From IMG/VR virus record IMGVR_UViG_2687453420_000002, positions 35,126 through 99,125 of that record: 64,000 nucleotides of DNA, one strand, 5' to 3'. Both the position numbers and the translations under genes were made by a program. Under the pieces are notes generated by a model that saw only the letters and a list, made by a program, of their open reading frames with translations, did not search any database and had not been told where the DNA came from. Positions 38,641 through 51,240 of the stretch are shown piece after piece. The stretch comes from a virus. Lineage: Duplodnaviria; Caudoviricetes. Position 1 is the first letter of the stretch. Every line of letters starts with the position of its first letter.

Positions 38641-39734
38641 TATCTCACTTCCTTTTTAGATATTCTTTTTATGCTGTCTATAATAGTAGGAATATTATTT
38701 CCAAAAATGCATTCTAAGTTAAATCCTCCTACCTCATAAATTTCTTTAACTTCTGTTACTCTTGTATTTAAAGTAACGCCCCATTTTCTATCTATTACAG
38801 TTACTATATCTCCTAAATCCCAATCTTGCATATAATTAAAGGAACCGAAAGAAATTACACTGGATTCAAATGTTTCTGTTATATTAAAATCATCAAGCTT
38901 ATGTTCTCCCATAGTTTTCAGTTCAGTAATATCATCAGCCTGACTACAATCTATAAAAGTTTCTTTCCTTGCCCAACCTTTAGCATTGCCTGCTTGTTGT
39001 ATTAATCTTTTTTCATCTTCACCTTTTCCTCCAACATAAGCTACATTTTTATAATTAAGTAAGATCTTCACAAAATGCTTATTCTTTATATTATCAAAGT
39101 CAACCGAAAATATAACTGGTGGCAGTTGCTCTTGATCTGCAGTAAGGTTTCTTCCTTCTATTACATCAAATACAAATTTATTATTGTCAGTATCTAATGT
39201 AATATCCCAACCTAAATTACTATATTCAGCTATTTCAGTAATCTTATCAGCTAAGTTTTCATATCTAGCACGCCATGCATCTTGTTTTCCTCTTTGTTTG
39301 TCTTCAGCGATAATTAAATTAGGAATAATTCTATCTCTATCTACTGGATTGACAGCATTATTATCTACAAATTTTTTTATTATAGTTTCTTGTGTTCCTG
39401 TTGCATTGTCGTATCCTTGTCCTATAGGTGGTACTGTTGTTCTATCTTTAATTTTCCCCTTTAAAGTAGCTCCTTTAATAACTAACTGCTCTTTACCATC
39501 TTCACTTGTAGATTTATCAATAAACTCTATAATTCCTACTTTATTAAAATAAGCTCCTAAAAGGATTAGGTTATCCTCCTGGAGCTTATCCACATTATTT
39601 TTTTCTAAATTTATGTGAAGTTCAAATTCTCCTACTCGGCTAAATCTTCTTATAAATACAAGAGATTCATAGTCATCTACTTCACCTAGTAAGTTAAAAT
39701 CTTTATCTATAATTCTAATTGGTACCTTATTCAT
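38640..39734 (-). CDS. Siphovirus Gp37-like tail hub protein
   Basis: GEFELHI, YVGGKGE, DWDLGDIVTV. Confidence 0.85.
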   Translation of the reverse strand: MNKVPIRIIDKDFNLLGEVDDYESLVFIRRFSRVGEFELHINLEKNNVDKLQEDNLILLGAYFNKVGIIEFIDKSTSEDGKEQLVIKGATLKGKIKDRTTVPPIGQGYDNATGTQETIIKKFVDNNAVNPVDRDRIIPNLIIAEDKQRGKQDAWRARYENLADKITEIAEYSNLGWDITLDTDNNKFVFDVIEGRNLTADQEQLPPVIFSVDFDNIKNKHFVKILLNYKNVAYVGGKGEDEKRLIQQAGNAKGWARKETFIDCSQADDITELKTMGEHKLDDFNITETFESSVISFGSFNYMQDWDLGDIVTVIDRKWGVTLNTRVTEVKEIYEVGGFNLECIFGNNIPTIIDSIKRISKKEVR

Positions 39735-39737
39735 AAA

Positions 39738-40604
39738 CTACACTCCTATATAAAGTGGCTTATAGTATAAAGCCATTTCTAAGTTATCCAATCCTTTTTC
39801 TGCATCATACCTTAATAAATTATCTCCAACTTTTAACTGTAAAAATTCACTTGCTAAATCTATATAATTAAATACATTTATTTTAATTCCATTACTTTTT
39901 ATCATTTCTACTCTTTTATTACCAAAAGATGTATTTATAACTAGCTTATCTCCAGCTTGCAATGTCCTTTTAACTTTAATATATTTTCTGGTATATACAT
40001 CAAATAAAGAAGGATTAACTACAGTGGCTAATGCTCTAAATTCAATCCTCATTCCACATTCTACATCCCCTTTATTCTTAGCATTAACTATTAAATTACT
40101 TATTCTATGTCCCATAATGATACCTTCTGGTGGAATAATTAAAGGAAAATGGAAATCCCCTATCCATAATGCTATTTCTTCTTTTTCTTCTATTAAATCC
40201 ATCCATAAGGGATTAGGACAATAAAACTGTATTAGAAACTCTTGCATATCATCTATTTGTTCTCTAAATGTTGGAGAACTATCTACAATACAATTTATAA
40301 CATGCTCACTAGCATTATTGATATAAGTAAGAGTACCATTTATCTTAGGATTAAATATACTACAAAGCTTTTGCCTCTTTCTATACATATCTTCTACAGT
40401 ATCTCCTACTATAGCTCCCTCTATTGGTAAAATTCTCTCATCTAAAAAAGTTCCATGATGTGTCTTACCATCCTGTCCAGGAGATTTACTTGTCAATATT
40501 GTTGTCTTAAGGCTTCCTAGCTCAATTTTAGTTAAAATAAAAGGAGCAGAGTTACCTAATTCTATACTCTGTCCCCTTTCATTTTTAAATATAATTTTTT
40601 GCAA
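39738..40604 (-). CDS. Distal tail (Dit) protein
   Basis: QDG, FYCPNPLW, FLQLKVGDN; follows the tape measure. Confidence 0.85.
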   Translation of the reverse strand: MQKIIFKNERGQSIELGNSAPFILTKIELGSLKTTILTSKSPGQDGKTHHGTFLDERILPIEGAIVGDTVEDMYRKRQKLCSIFNPKINGTLTYINNASEHVINCIVDSSPTFREQIDDMQEFLIQFYCPNPLWMDLIEEKEEIALWIGDFHFPLIIPPEGIIMGHRISNLIVNAKNKGDVECGMRIEFRALATVVNPSLFDVYTRKYIKVKRTLQAGDKLVINTSFGNKRVEMIKSNGIKINVFNYIDLASEFLQLKVGDNLLRYDAEKGLDNLEMALYYKPLYIGV

Positions 40605-40617
40605 CTTCTACTCCTCC

Positions 40618-43600
40618 TTAGGATGTACTAAAATTTAAATTCCTTATCATTACTTCATTTTTTCTCATTACTTCACTTGGGGACAATGCTCTAGGACTAT
40701 TAAACGTAAAATTGTTGTGATTTACTATACTTTTTCTATTATCATTAGAGATTGAACTTCTAGTATTAAATTGCGGCACAGAATTTACAATGGCTCTTTG
40801 ACTAGCCATTGAATTTAAAGCTGAATTTCTAGCAACCTCAAAACTTTCCTGTATACTAGCTATCATATCCTTAAGTTCCTCTATTTTAGGCTTAAAGCCC
40901 TCTACAAGTTTTTCTCCAAGACTTTGTCCTGCTTGCTCATAAGCTCCCTCATAAGAATGTAGCAACTTGATAATATCCTTTTGATTATTATCCATTATCA
41001 TTTGTTCAGCTTGAGCGTGAAGAGCTGCATTTTTAGTCATCTCCTCATAAGTTTCTCTATGTTTTTTCAGTTGTTTTTCTAAGCTATCTTTCTGACTTTC
41101 ATATATAGAATTAATATTTTTTAATTCATTTTCTTTTTCTTTCTGTAGCTGCTCTTTTTGTTCTTCTAGTTGTTCTTTATGAATCCTTTTTTCTCTCTCT
41201 TTAAGAAGATTATTAAGTTCTTTTTGGATTTCTGCCTTGTTGAATTCGTTATGCTCATATCTTAAGGAGGCTTCAAGCTGATTTATCTTTTTTAGTTCTT
41301 CTGCATCCCTATCAGCTTTATCTTCTTCTATTAACTGTTTGTCTATAGCTTCAATTTTAGCATCATAAACAGAATTTATTCTATCTATAGATTCATCTTT
41401 CCATCTATCTAAATTTTTAAGCTCATTATTTATGTGATCTTCTTGTGCCTTTAGTTCATCTTCGTATCGTTGCTTTAATGCTGACTTAATTCTATCAACC
41501 ATATTATTAATACTATCAGATACTTTTTTATCTACTTCCCTTTGAGCATCTATAATCTTTTGTTTTGCATCATCTACAGCACTACTCATGTTAATTAGTT
41601 CAGTTTTAGCTTCTTCTAACGACTTTTTAATCTTTACAGTTTCCTCTGATGTATGCCCAAAAGTCTCTGCTAATTCTTTATATCTATTTTCAAGTTCTTT
41701 TATTTTTTCGCCTTGAAGGATGACTATTGCTTGATGGTTTAATAAATTTTTATTTAAATCTTTAGTATCAATTTGTAACCTTTTTATAGCTTCATTATAT
41801 TCATTTATTGTATTGTTAAATATATTTTCCTGTACTTTAAGAGATTTTTTCACTTCTTTTTCTCTTTTATCTAATAAATTTAATCCATCTTTATAATACT
41901 CTTCTAGTGCTTTCTTAGACCTTTCTAAGCTATCTACCTGTGCCTTTTGATTCGCTTTAGTAGTATTTAATACCTGTTTTTGATATTGTCTTAGAGCAGC
42001 TATTTGATTAGCATAATTAGCCTTAGCATTTTTATCTTTAGTACTTCTTTGTAGCTTTTGATAGTAAGCTATTTGAGAATCTATCCTTGATTTTTCTGTT
42101 TGTAGCTCTATACTATTTTCATTTTTAAGAATTCTTAGCCTATCTTCTATGCTCTTAGATCTATTATCATAATCCTCCTTCAAATATTCCTTACTTTTTT
42201 CAATTTCTTCTTTATTTAATCGATCTATGAACTCCAAATACCTCTGATATTCCTTTTTACTATTAGCTCCCCAATTTAGCTGTCTTGCTAATCTATCTTT
42301 CATTACACTTTCTGACACACCAGTTCTAGGGCTAACAGATACACTCTCTTTAGCTTGTGATAGGGTTTCTCTTGCAATATCTTCAGGTTTATTATTATTA
42401 TTCTCTAATAATGATGCTAGTATCTTTTTAGATTCTCGATTATTAAATACTTTTTCTCCACCGTTAAATAATCTATACTGCCTAGATGCTACTATTTCAA
42501 AACCGTCCTCAGCGACCTCATGTAGTCCTGCTTCTGCAAAATCTGTACCCGCAGCATACCCTTTCTGGTTTTTCACTTGTTTTTTAGACAATCTTTCTTT
42601 CATAGAGTTTGATTGTGTATTATTGAATATTTTAGTCCCCTGAGGCAAATCTACTAGTTTAGGTCCTCTTCCTGGCAATTGTATTAATTCGCTACCATCT
42701 TCATCAACCCAAGTTAAACCACCTTCAAAATAGCTTGTTCCTGTCCATTTTTGTGGCACATCGGGAACAAAAGGTTGATTTGGATGAATAACTTGTTGAA
42801 CTACACTAGCGATAAAAGGATGTTTGCTTAACCAGCTTTGTGCATTAGAATGTGCATCCCTTATCCAATCGAAAAGATTATAATTTATTTTAGATTGTGC
42901 TTTTACAGGATTTTCATATATGTTCTTATGAGGTTCTTTATATTTATCTTCAATTTTTTGAAAAGGAACACCATTTTTTAAATCCTTATCTATATCTTCT
43001 CTAGCTTTTACAGGATTGCCATATATCTGATTAGTGCCTCTATCCCATGCACCTACTATTTTCCCTGTAGTATTGTCAATTTCAATGTAACAATCATGCA
43101 TTTGTCCTGTTGCTCTGTCCTTAATACTATAATATCCACTAGTTGTAATTTCTTTTAATCCGTTCATTTTAGATAAATAAGTATTCATTTCAAGTGTTTT
43201 TTGTTGTTCTTGTTTATTTAGCATAGTGCCATTATGCAAATCTAAATAATTTAATATTTGTCCATTTTTTTCTATTGCTGCATCCAAGAACCCTTGATAC
43301 TTTTCATTCTCTACACCTATTTCTTTTTCTTTTGCACCTTCTAATTGTTTTATTTTATCCTCAATTAACTTTTGTGTTTCCTTATCAGCATCTTTAGAAT
43401 ACAATTTTAAATATTCTATTTGTTTATCATAATTTTCTTTTGTTTTCTTTATTTCTTCATCTCTAGCTTTTGCCTTTGATTCCATCAACTTAGATAATCC
43501 TTCCATATCTAAGTTTTTCATGCGAGCATTAAAATCCGCTTGAGCTGCTAAAAGTTCTTCTTTAGATTTAACAGTATTTTTCATTTCTATATTTCCAATT

Positions 43601-46496
43601 TGTTGAGTTAATTTTTCAACTTCTTTTAATGTATTTTGCCTTACAGCCCCAGTTTCTTTACTAGCTTTTTTTTGCAACTCTAATATTTTCGCATGTAACT
43701 CTTGCACTTTTTTTATTTGGTCATTTCCACTTTTATTAAGGGAGTCCAATATTTTTTTCTCATTGGCATCTAACCCATCAGCTTTAAAACTATCCTCTAG
43801 AACTTTTTTTATTTCAGGTTGCTTAGATTTTATTTTATTAATAGCACTATTACATATATCATCTAGCTTAGAATTAAGTTTTCTCCCAGTTTCCTCATCC
43901 GCTAATTTATCTAGTTTAGCAGCTCCTTCTACTTCCATATTATAGTTAGCTATTTTATTAGCTATACCATCTAAGGCTTTTTGTGTCTCTGGACTTACTT
44001 TTTTACTCCACTCTCTATGTTTTACATTCATTTCTTCTAACTGCTTATTGGTGTGAATAACATGTCCATTTAATCCCGCCATTGCAGTTTCCATAGTTCC
44101 CATATCTTCTGCACTCTTTATACAACTATCATTTAAATATTGGGTATTTTTATGTGCTAAATATATAGCTCCACCAACTGCTGCAATTCCTCCAGCTACT
44201 GGTAATGCTATACTAGAAATTGTTCCAAGACCGCCTGCAAATAATCCAAGACCTTTTGCTCCACCTGCAAGCTCTGCTGCCTTACCTACTCCTTCAACTG
44301 CAGTACTTACTTTTTTAGTTTCTTTGAATATTCCAAAAAATACTCCTAAATCTTTTCCTGTTTTAAGTAAAGTACCTACACCTTTAACAGCACCACCTAA
44401 CCCACTTATGAATGGACCTAATGTTGCACTAGCAAGTGCTGTTTTTATTATAAATTCCTGTGTAGCAGGACTTAATTTATTCATCCAATCTGCAAATTGT
44501 GATATTAGATTTATACCTTTTTCTACAATTGGGAGTGCCTTTATGCCTAATTCCATAAGAGAATTCTTGGCTTTATTCATAGCCTTAACAAATTTAGTTT
44601 CTGTAGATTGTTCCATTTTGTTATAGGCATCATCTAAAGCAGTAGTATTAGTTTGCATCTCTTGCATAGATGCATTGTATTTTGCTACCCCATTTTCAGA
44701 TGTTAACATAAGTATGGAGTTAAGTCCCTCAACTGATCCAAACATAGTAGCCATAGCACCTATTGGTGAATCTGCTGCTTGTGCCATTATCTCCAAATCT
44801 TTACTTGCATTTTTTTGTGCTTTGCTTAATTCTTTATATTCTTTAGTACCTTTCTTTCCCGCATTTTCTAGTTCTAACATTTTATGAGCATTATCGCTCA
44901 TGCTTTGACTCAATTTATCAAATTCAGGACTCGCATTGGATAATCCTTTCTTTACGTCTTGCAAAAATCCCATCCAGCCCTTACTCTGTAGAGCTGAAAC
45001 AGAAAAGTCTATACCTAATTGTTCTGCCGCTTCCCCTGCTTCTTTTGAAGGTTTTATTATATTAGACATAGCTGCCTTAAGTGCTGTAACAGATTCTGCA
45101 GTATTTAATCCTTGTGCAGTTGTACTTGCTAAACTAGAAAACAATTCATCTGTTTTGATTCCAAGTGAAGCAGCTATTGGAGTTACTTTACCTACAGCAC
45201 TTGCAAGCTCACCGAAAGTTGTTTTTCCAAATTTTGACAAATTAACATCTGATTTGAAATATCTGTAGCTTTATCTGCTTCTAATCCATATGAATTTAGC
45301 ACAGTTGTCAAGCCGTCTACTGCTGTTGATGTTTCTGTGAAACCACCTTTGGCAGCTTTTACTGCTACATCTAAGAAATCAACTGCTTTAGCAGTATCTA
45401 CTGAACCAGAAATAGCTTGATATAAAGATTCATTTAATTCTTTAGTACTCATTCCCGTTTTATTAGAAAGGTCAATTACTCCTCTTTTTAAATCTTCTAT
45501 TGGAACTTTTGTAGTATCTGCAATTGTACTTACCTTAGCAGCACCAGTTTCAAAGTCAAACGCAAACTTAGTTGCTGCAGTACCGGCACCCATAATAGGA
45601 AGAGTAACATGAGTTGTAAGTTTATTACCTATGCCTTGAAGTTCATCTCCTACTTTATCAAATGCTTGATATTTTTTATCTATCTTTTCAAATTCAGTAC
45701 CTAGTATTTTCAACCTACCAGCAAAAGTAGTAGCTTCTTTTTCTGTCTTTTTTAATTCAGAGCCAAGTTCTGCATGAACTATCTTTAAATCTAGTATTTT
45801 GCCTTTATATTCTTCAACTTCTTTAGAATCTTTACCATATTCCTGTTCTACTTCTTTTAAAAGAGATTCATGTTTCTTTATTTCACTATCTAATAAAGAC
45901 ATTTCTTTTTTTAGTTTATTCATCTTTTCAGAATTATCAAAGATACCTTTGCCATTTTTTTCTTGAGTTAAATCAAGCAGTTTATAAGATTTTTCTAGAT
46001 TACTTATTTGAGTGCTTGTCTTTTGATAACCTTCATCAAGATTTTTCAATTTATCAGCTACATTAACTGTAGTTTTACTAGCTTTCTCTAATTCTTGTGA
46101 CAATTCTGAGTGCTTCAGTTTTAGATCTAATATATGAGATTTATAATTTTCATATTCCTTGGAGTTCTCACCACATTTTTTACCGATGTCATCTAAAGTC
46201 TTTTCAGACTTCTTAATCTCATCATCTAACAGTTTCATGCTAGACTTATATGCTTCAATTTTTTTACTATTATCTTCTAAGCTTTTACCACTTGATTTAT
46301 TAGCATTTTCCCAAAGCTTATAACTTTTCTCTATATTAGATACTGCAGTATAAACTGACTTATCCATTATAGAGCTAGATTCTTGAGCTTTAGTTTGTAA
46401 CTTATAAAAGCCCTGTATCGCTTTTGATACAGAGCTTTCAAATTTATCTAATCTTAATTCTAAATCTGAATATATACTTCCTAAACCTATACTTAT
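40618..46496 (-). pseudogene. Tape measure protein, frameshifted near 45228 with ATA at the expected start
   Basis: The QNLGKTTFGEL motif is split between the 391-aa and 1540-aa ORFs; frame is open upstream to an RBS-spaced ATA at 46496. Confidence 0.85.
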
Positions 46497-46571
46497 ATTT
46501 CTTCACCTCCTATTTTGAGGTATAAAAAAAGAGCCGCATAAGCGATTCCTTTAGTATTATAAATAATATTT

Positions 46572-47201
46572 TTATTTGTTTGAATTTAATGCTTTTAAAT
46601 ATGGTAATGATTTTAAATTTCTCTTAGCATCTTCATTGTTTGGATTTAATTTAATAGCCTCTTCTAAAAGGCTAGTGGCCTTAACAAAATCTTCTGTTTT
46701 ATTTCCTACACCATCCATATACATGTGTGCTAACTGAGTTAAAGAAAGACTAGCTAATTGGTTTCCTCTTTCCTTACCAAAATATATTTTCCACTTACCA
46801 TTATCATCTACAACATACATTTCATGTGTTAGTTCTTCTTCTTTATTTTCACAGAAATCCTGTCCTTTTTCAGTAACATTAAATTTTACAATGTTTTTAA
46901 ATTCTACATCCTCTAAACTTCCTTTAAATTCTTTAAGTTTTTCAATTTTTATGTCTTTTAACTTAAATACTTCTTTTTCTGCATTTCTCCATTTAGTAAA
47001 ATCCTCTTTTTTAAAATCTTTTTTACTCTGTTCACAAAATGTATCATAAGCTTTTTCAATATTATTATCTTTTATACTTTGATAATAAGTATTTAACACT
47101 TCTTGTGGATCTCCTTTAGGAGAACAACCTACTAATGCTATTAAAGTAAAAGATAAAATAAGTACAAATAAGAATGAAATTTTATTAATTTTTTTCTTCA
47201 T
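46572..47201 (-). CDS. Lipoprotein moron with TPR-like C-terminus
   Basis: Lipobox LVGC; EEAIKLNPNNEDA; own terminator near 46525-46550. Confidence 0.8.
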   Translation of the reverse strand: MKKKINKISFLFVLILSFTLIALVGCSPKGDPQEVLNTYYQSIKDNNIEKAYDTFCEQSKKDFKKEDFTKWRNAEKEVFKLKDIKIEKLKEFKGSLEDVEFKNIVKFNVTEKGQDFCENKEEELTHEMYVVDDNGKWKIYFGKERGNQLASLSLTQLAHMYMDGVGNKTEDFVKATSLLEEAIKLNPNNEDAKRNLKSLPYLKALNSNK

Positions 47202-47273
47202 ATAATTCCCTCCAATATGTAAATATATCTTAATTATATAATATATATTCCAATATTGGAATGGTTGCCCTAA

Positions 47274-47862
47274 TCATTTCCCTAAGAGCATCTTTAATCC
47301 TGGATTATCTTTTCTATCTTTGTTTTTAATTTCAAATCGTGGTTTTTCTCCATTCTCTATTCTATATATAAACTCTGTCATGGCTTCATCAAGGCAATAA
47401 GCTATATATTCATCATTTATTTTTAGTATCTCGCTCGGTGTCTTGTGATACATCTTCACCATTGTCATTAGACTTATTATCTTCTGGCTTTTTACGAAAT
47501 GGTTCCAAGGTTCTTACCCCGTGTACTACAAAATTATATATTATAATTTTTTGTTCATCTGTCATGCCTATAACTTCTTGAACTTCTTTAAATGTTGGTT
47601 CAACCATTGTTGTTTCACAAAATAATTCAGCAAGCTCATTAACAGTTTTTAAACTATCTTCATCTTTTCCTCCTGGTCCTTTACCTTGAAATAAATCTAT
47701 TACAGGTCCCATAAGTGGATTAGGTATCTTACCTTTAGCTGCTAAATCTAATAAATTAACTCTTTGTAATTTAACTGTAAATGTATCTTCTACATCCCAT
47801 CCAGGTAATTCTACTTCTATATATTTTTTAACTTTTAATTCTTCTATATTTGTTAATGCCAT
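47274..47862 (-). CDS. Tail assembly chaperone pair (149 aa plus an overlapping +1-frame ORF)
   Basis: Between major tail and tape measure genes; CCA TTT CGT at 47502-47494. Confidence 0.75.
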
Positions 47863-47917
47863 ACTAATTCCTCCTAAAATTTTAATTTAAAAAGAGAGCC
47901 TACTATAGCTCTCGATT

Positions 47918-48544
47918 TTAAGGCTCTTGATTGTCTATAATATTAGATTCTTTTTTATCTTCTTCTATGTCTTGTGGTAATGAATCAACAAATTCTATAG
48001 ACTTTATAGGTAACTTAGCTTTAGTATTTTCTCTACATTTAACTTCAAACTCTGGTGAAAAGAAATCTTTTTTGAATCCCATTTTAAATGCTTTCCCAGT
48101 ACATTTGTTAAATGTTACTTTAGCATAATTTTTAATATCTTCACCTTCATAATTTGCCACAAATATATCAGCTTTAAATGGTTTTATTTTAGAACCTTCA
48201 CTAAGCATTGGTGTATCATATCCCACAATTTTAGTAGGGTCATCTTTATCATAACGAATTGTTCCACCTTCAATTAATGCTGCTACTGTTAATTCAAATG
48301 TTGTATTTTTCATTTTCAATTTATATCCATATAACAAATCTGGAGTACTAGCTGTAGCTAATATCTTTTGATCATCCCTTAACTGCTTTTCTTGTCCTTG
48401 TGATATTTCAGGATCTGTTTCTATTTCACTATCACATTGAATATTAATTGGGTTACCTCCACTTAATGGTAAGCCTGTAAGTGGATCTAATGGTGTTAAA
48501 ATTACTTTTTTAACATTATATAAAATTTCTCCTGTTGTACTCAT
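47918..48544 (-). CDS. Major tail tube protein
   Basis: Position and size. Confidence 0.7.
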   Translation of the reverse strand: MSTTGEILYNVKKVILTPLDPLTGLPLSGGNPINIQCDSEIETDPEISQGQEKQLRDDQKILATASTPDLLYGYKLKMKNTTFELTVAALIEGGTIRYDKDDPTKIVGYDTPMLSEGSKIKPFKADIFVANYEGEDIKNYAKVTFNKCTGKAFKMGFKKDFFSPEFEVKCRENTKAKLPIKSIEFVDSLPQDIEEDKKESNIIDNQEP

Positions 48545-48882
48545 TAAATTACCTCCTTCGGTATTTTGTATTTTAATCTTCTAAAATAAGCTTTCTTTTC
48601 ATCATCTATAAGCTCTGGTGTTATATCTCCTGTAAATTCTAATTTTTCATTTAAGAGTTTCTGGACCTTGTTTAACATTTCATCAAGTATAGTTATATCT
48701 CCTAAAGGAGCATATAAAAAAACATGAACAAACTGCCAACCACATTGACTGTTATTCATGCTTTGTACTTGATTTTCAAATTTTAAAACTATATAAGGTT
48801 CTATACATTCTCCTTTATGTTCTCCGATTGCATAACAAGGATATAAAGGATCTATTAAATCAAATATTTCTTTTCTTGTCAT
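48544..48882 (-). CDS. Tail terminator-like protein
   Basis: Position; probable start MTRKE. Confidence 0.6.
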   Translation of the reverse strand: MTRKEIFDLIDPLYPCYAIGEHKGECIEPYIVLKFENQVQSMNNSQCGWQFVHVFLYAPLGDITILDEMLNKVQKLLNEKLEFTGDITPELIDDEKKAYFRRLKYKIPKEVI

Positions 48883-49256
48883 TACATCACTCCTGATGAT
48901 TGAACTATTTTTTCCCACCCTTCCATGAAGTGTGGAGCAAACTCTTGTATAGCTCTTTCAAGTATTGCATATTTGCCTTCGTTGCATAGTTCAAGATAGA
49001 CCCCATAATCCACTTGATGGCTTAATGCAACCATTAATGTATTGGCATTTGTCCATTTTACAGTAGATGTTAAAAATAATCTTGCATGAGCTGTTCTATC
49101 TGTCCATACTACATTTTCTTTAGCCCATTTTTCCATATTCATTGCTATATTTTGAGCATCTAGTGCAAGAGCTGCTTTAAGCTTTGGAGTAAATTCTTTT
49201 AACTTTTTCATAGCTTCATCTAATCCATTCATATTTAAATTACAACCATCAGCCAT
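48882..49256 (-). CDS. HK97 gp10-like tail completion protein
   Basis: WTDRT.HAR..L, VDYGVYLEL, GKYAIL. Confidence 0.8.
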   Translation of the reverse strand: MADGCNLNMNGLDEAMKKLKEFTPKLKAALALDAQNIAMNMEKWAKENVVWTDRTAHARLFLTSTVKWTNANTLMVALSHQVDYGVYLELCNEGKYAILERAIQEFAPHFMEGWEKIVQSSGVM

Positions 49257-49620
49257 TCCTAACCACTTCCAAATCGCTATTATAGACATCCTTAATAATC
49301 ATTCCTGGATAAGTTACTCTATATTTATAACCGTTAGCTTCAAAGTAATCTCCCTCTTTTATTTCTATTCCTTCAGTTACTACTGCAAACATTGAAATAC
49401 CTCTAGTTTTTTTAACAGTTCCAGATTCTTTTACGTTATCTAAAATCAAATTGTGTTTAGTATCATCAAGGAAGATATCTAGCTCACCTACTGTTATTTC
49501 TTTTTCTCTACCACCATGCATTCCATTACTTACTTTTTCTTTTCTCATAAGATTTATATGTGTTGGCCTTTTAGATATGTTTTTCTTAGCTTGTGCTTTT
49601 ATTCTTGCTTCATTTATCAT
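49249..49620 (-). CDS. Head closure-like protein
   Basis: Position; IKEGDYF. Confidence 0.6.
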   Translation of the reverse strand: MINEARIKAQAKKNISKRPTHINLMRKEKVSNGMHGGREKEITVGELDIFLDDTKHNLILDNVKESGTVKKTRGISMFAVVTEGIEIKEGDYFEANGYKYRVTYPGMIIKDVYNSDLEVVRNG

Positions 49621-49924
49621 TGGCCATCAATCCTTCTCATTGATGTTTTATAGCCTGTTGTTGTAGTTCCACCATTGGATAACTTCTTTCATAATCACTT
49701 TTGTATTGTTCCGCAAGCCCTAGCCAGTATTCTCTATTTGATTCTGTTTTAAGTGGTCCCATATTTACAGCATCATCAGCATTTGCTTTGAACAAACACC
49801 CTTTCCAACTTGCTTTATTTATATCATTATCATTTGTTTCTAATAATACATCTATCTCTTCATCTTCAAAATAAGGATACTGTCGTTCTTGAAGATTAAA
49901 CTTTAAAATTTCTATAGGTGTCAT
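49617..49924 (-). CDS. Head-tail adaptor, 3' end probably frameshifted
   Basis: LKFNLQE..YPYFEDEEI; alternative frame gives YKTSMRRIDGQ* overlapping the next ATG. Confidence 0.7.
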
Positions 49925-49926
49925 TC

Positions 49927-50118
49927 TTATTCACCTTCTTCTATTTCAGCATATTTTCTTAGCTCCTCTAAATCACATTCCTTAACTTGAAATTCTTCAT
50001 CAATTTTAATATGTGTACCTGCATATTTTATATATTGCTTAGCCTTAGCTTTAAAAATTTTTTCTTCTACTTTTTCATCTTCCATAACATCTATATTTTC
50101 TTCTTTAGACTTTGCCAT
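49927..50118 (-). CDS. Small head-associated protein
   Basis: Follows the major capsid gene; RBS. Confidence 0.65.
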   Translation of the reverse strand: MAKSKEENIDVMEDEKVEEKIFKAKAKQYIKYAGTHIKIDEEFQVKECDLEELRKYAEIEEGE

Positions 50119-50174
50119 AATAAAAATCTCCTTTCTTGTAAAAAACTAAAGAGCAGTCATATTGACTACTCTAA

Positions 50175-51227
50175 TTAATATACTGTTGCAAAGAACACTT
50201 CATCTGCCCTATCAAATGAAACAATGAGCATTACACTTATCTTAGTATCTACTGTAACTGGATCCTCTTTAACCATAGTTGTAACTGCAATTCCTGTGTC
50301 AATCATATAAGTATCCAGTTTAGATGAACCTGATTGTTTATCAAATTCTTCTGGAGTTGTACCATAAACGGTATTACCCAAAGTTGTTCCACTCATAAGT
50401 GTTACTTTGCCATCCACATAATATGGAACTGGATCAGCACCTTCTGATGGAATATAAGTAGCATCTTCTAAGAATACAACTGTTAATTGCATTACCTCTT
50501 TTACAAATTGAATGTAATTTGCTTGACTTAAAATTAATGAAGTATTTAAATTACTGTTCTTAATGTGGTTAGTAATAGCTTTATTAACTAAAAATGTACT
50601 ATCAAAAGTATTTTCAGTTAACAGTAATGTTTTAGGCTTTGCATATTGGTCATTTGTAATAACCTTTTGCCAAGCTTTAATATCTCCTATAATATCGGCA
50701 TCAGGATTTGTCCACTTATCTGTTCCAGTTAATACTTCCCTATGATTATCTGGAACCCCATATTCTACTACAATATCTCCATCTTTTGAAGTAAAGTTCA
50801 GTAAACCATTTTGAATTACTGATGATCTCATTTTCTTTGAAATTATATTTGCTCCATCTATTAAATTAGAATAGTTCTCAAACACCTGTCCTAATAATGC
50901 ATTTATAAAGTTTTCATTATTTGCTCCTATTGCATTTTGTAGATCTCTTCTAGTTGTTTCGTCTATTCCCATACCTTCTTTGAAAAATGGTATTTCTGTT
51001 GATTTTACATTTAAATCAGCACTTAATGCTCTCATTTTTGTATTTGCATCAAACGTGCTCATTCTTAAAGCTATTGGTTTCTTCTTAGAACCTTTAGCCA
51101 TTTCTAACTTTGTACCACTAATTTTTTTATCAGGGAATAGAGCCTTATCTATTGTTTGTTCTGCTGGTAACTCTTTAATATAAAGAGCTATGTTTTTTGA
51201 ATTAATATAATCTCTTAAATTTGGCAT
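50175..51227 (-). CDS. Major capsid protein (capsid E-like)
   Basis: PFFKE, GNTVYGTTPEE; follows scaffold and decoration genes. Confidence 0.88.
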   Translation of the reverse strand: MPNLRDYINSKNIALYIKELPAEQTIDKALFPDKKISGTKLEMAKGSKKKPIALRMSTFDANTKMRALSADLNVKSTEIPFFKEGMGIDETTRRDLQNAIGANNENFINALLGQVFENYSNLIDGANIISKKMRSSVIQNGLLNFTSKDGDIVVEYGVPDNHREVLTGTDKWTNPDADIIGDIKAWQKVITNDQYAKPKTLLLTENTFDSTFLVNKAITNHIKNSNLNTSLILSQANYIQFVKEVMQLTVVFLEDATYIPSEGADPVPYYVDGKVTLMSGTTLGNTVYGTTPEEFDKQSGSSKLDTYMIDTGIAVTTMVKEDPVTVDTKISVMLIVSFDRADEVFFATVY

Positions 51228-51240
51228 ATATATTTCCTCC

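Noticed and set aside
45192-45240. Programmed frameshift in the tape measure gene
   Set aside because: It splits a conserved motif and has no clear slippery site; it fits the general 1-bp deletion pattern.
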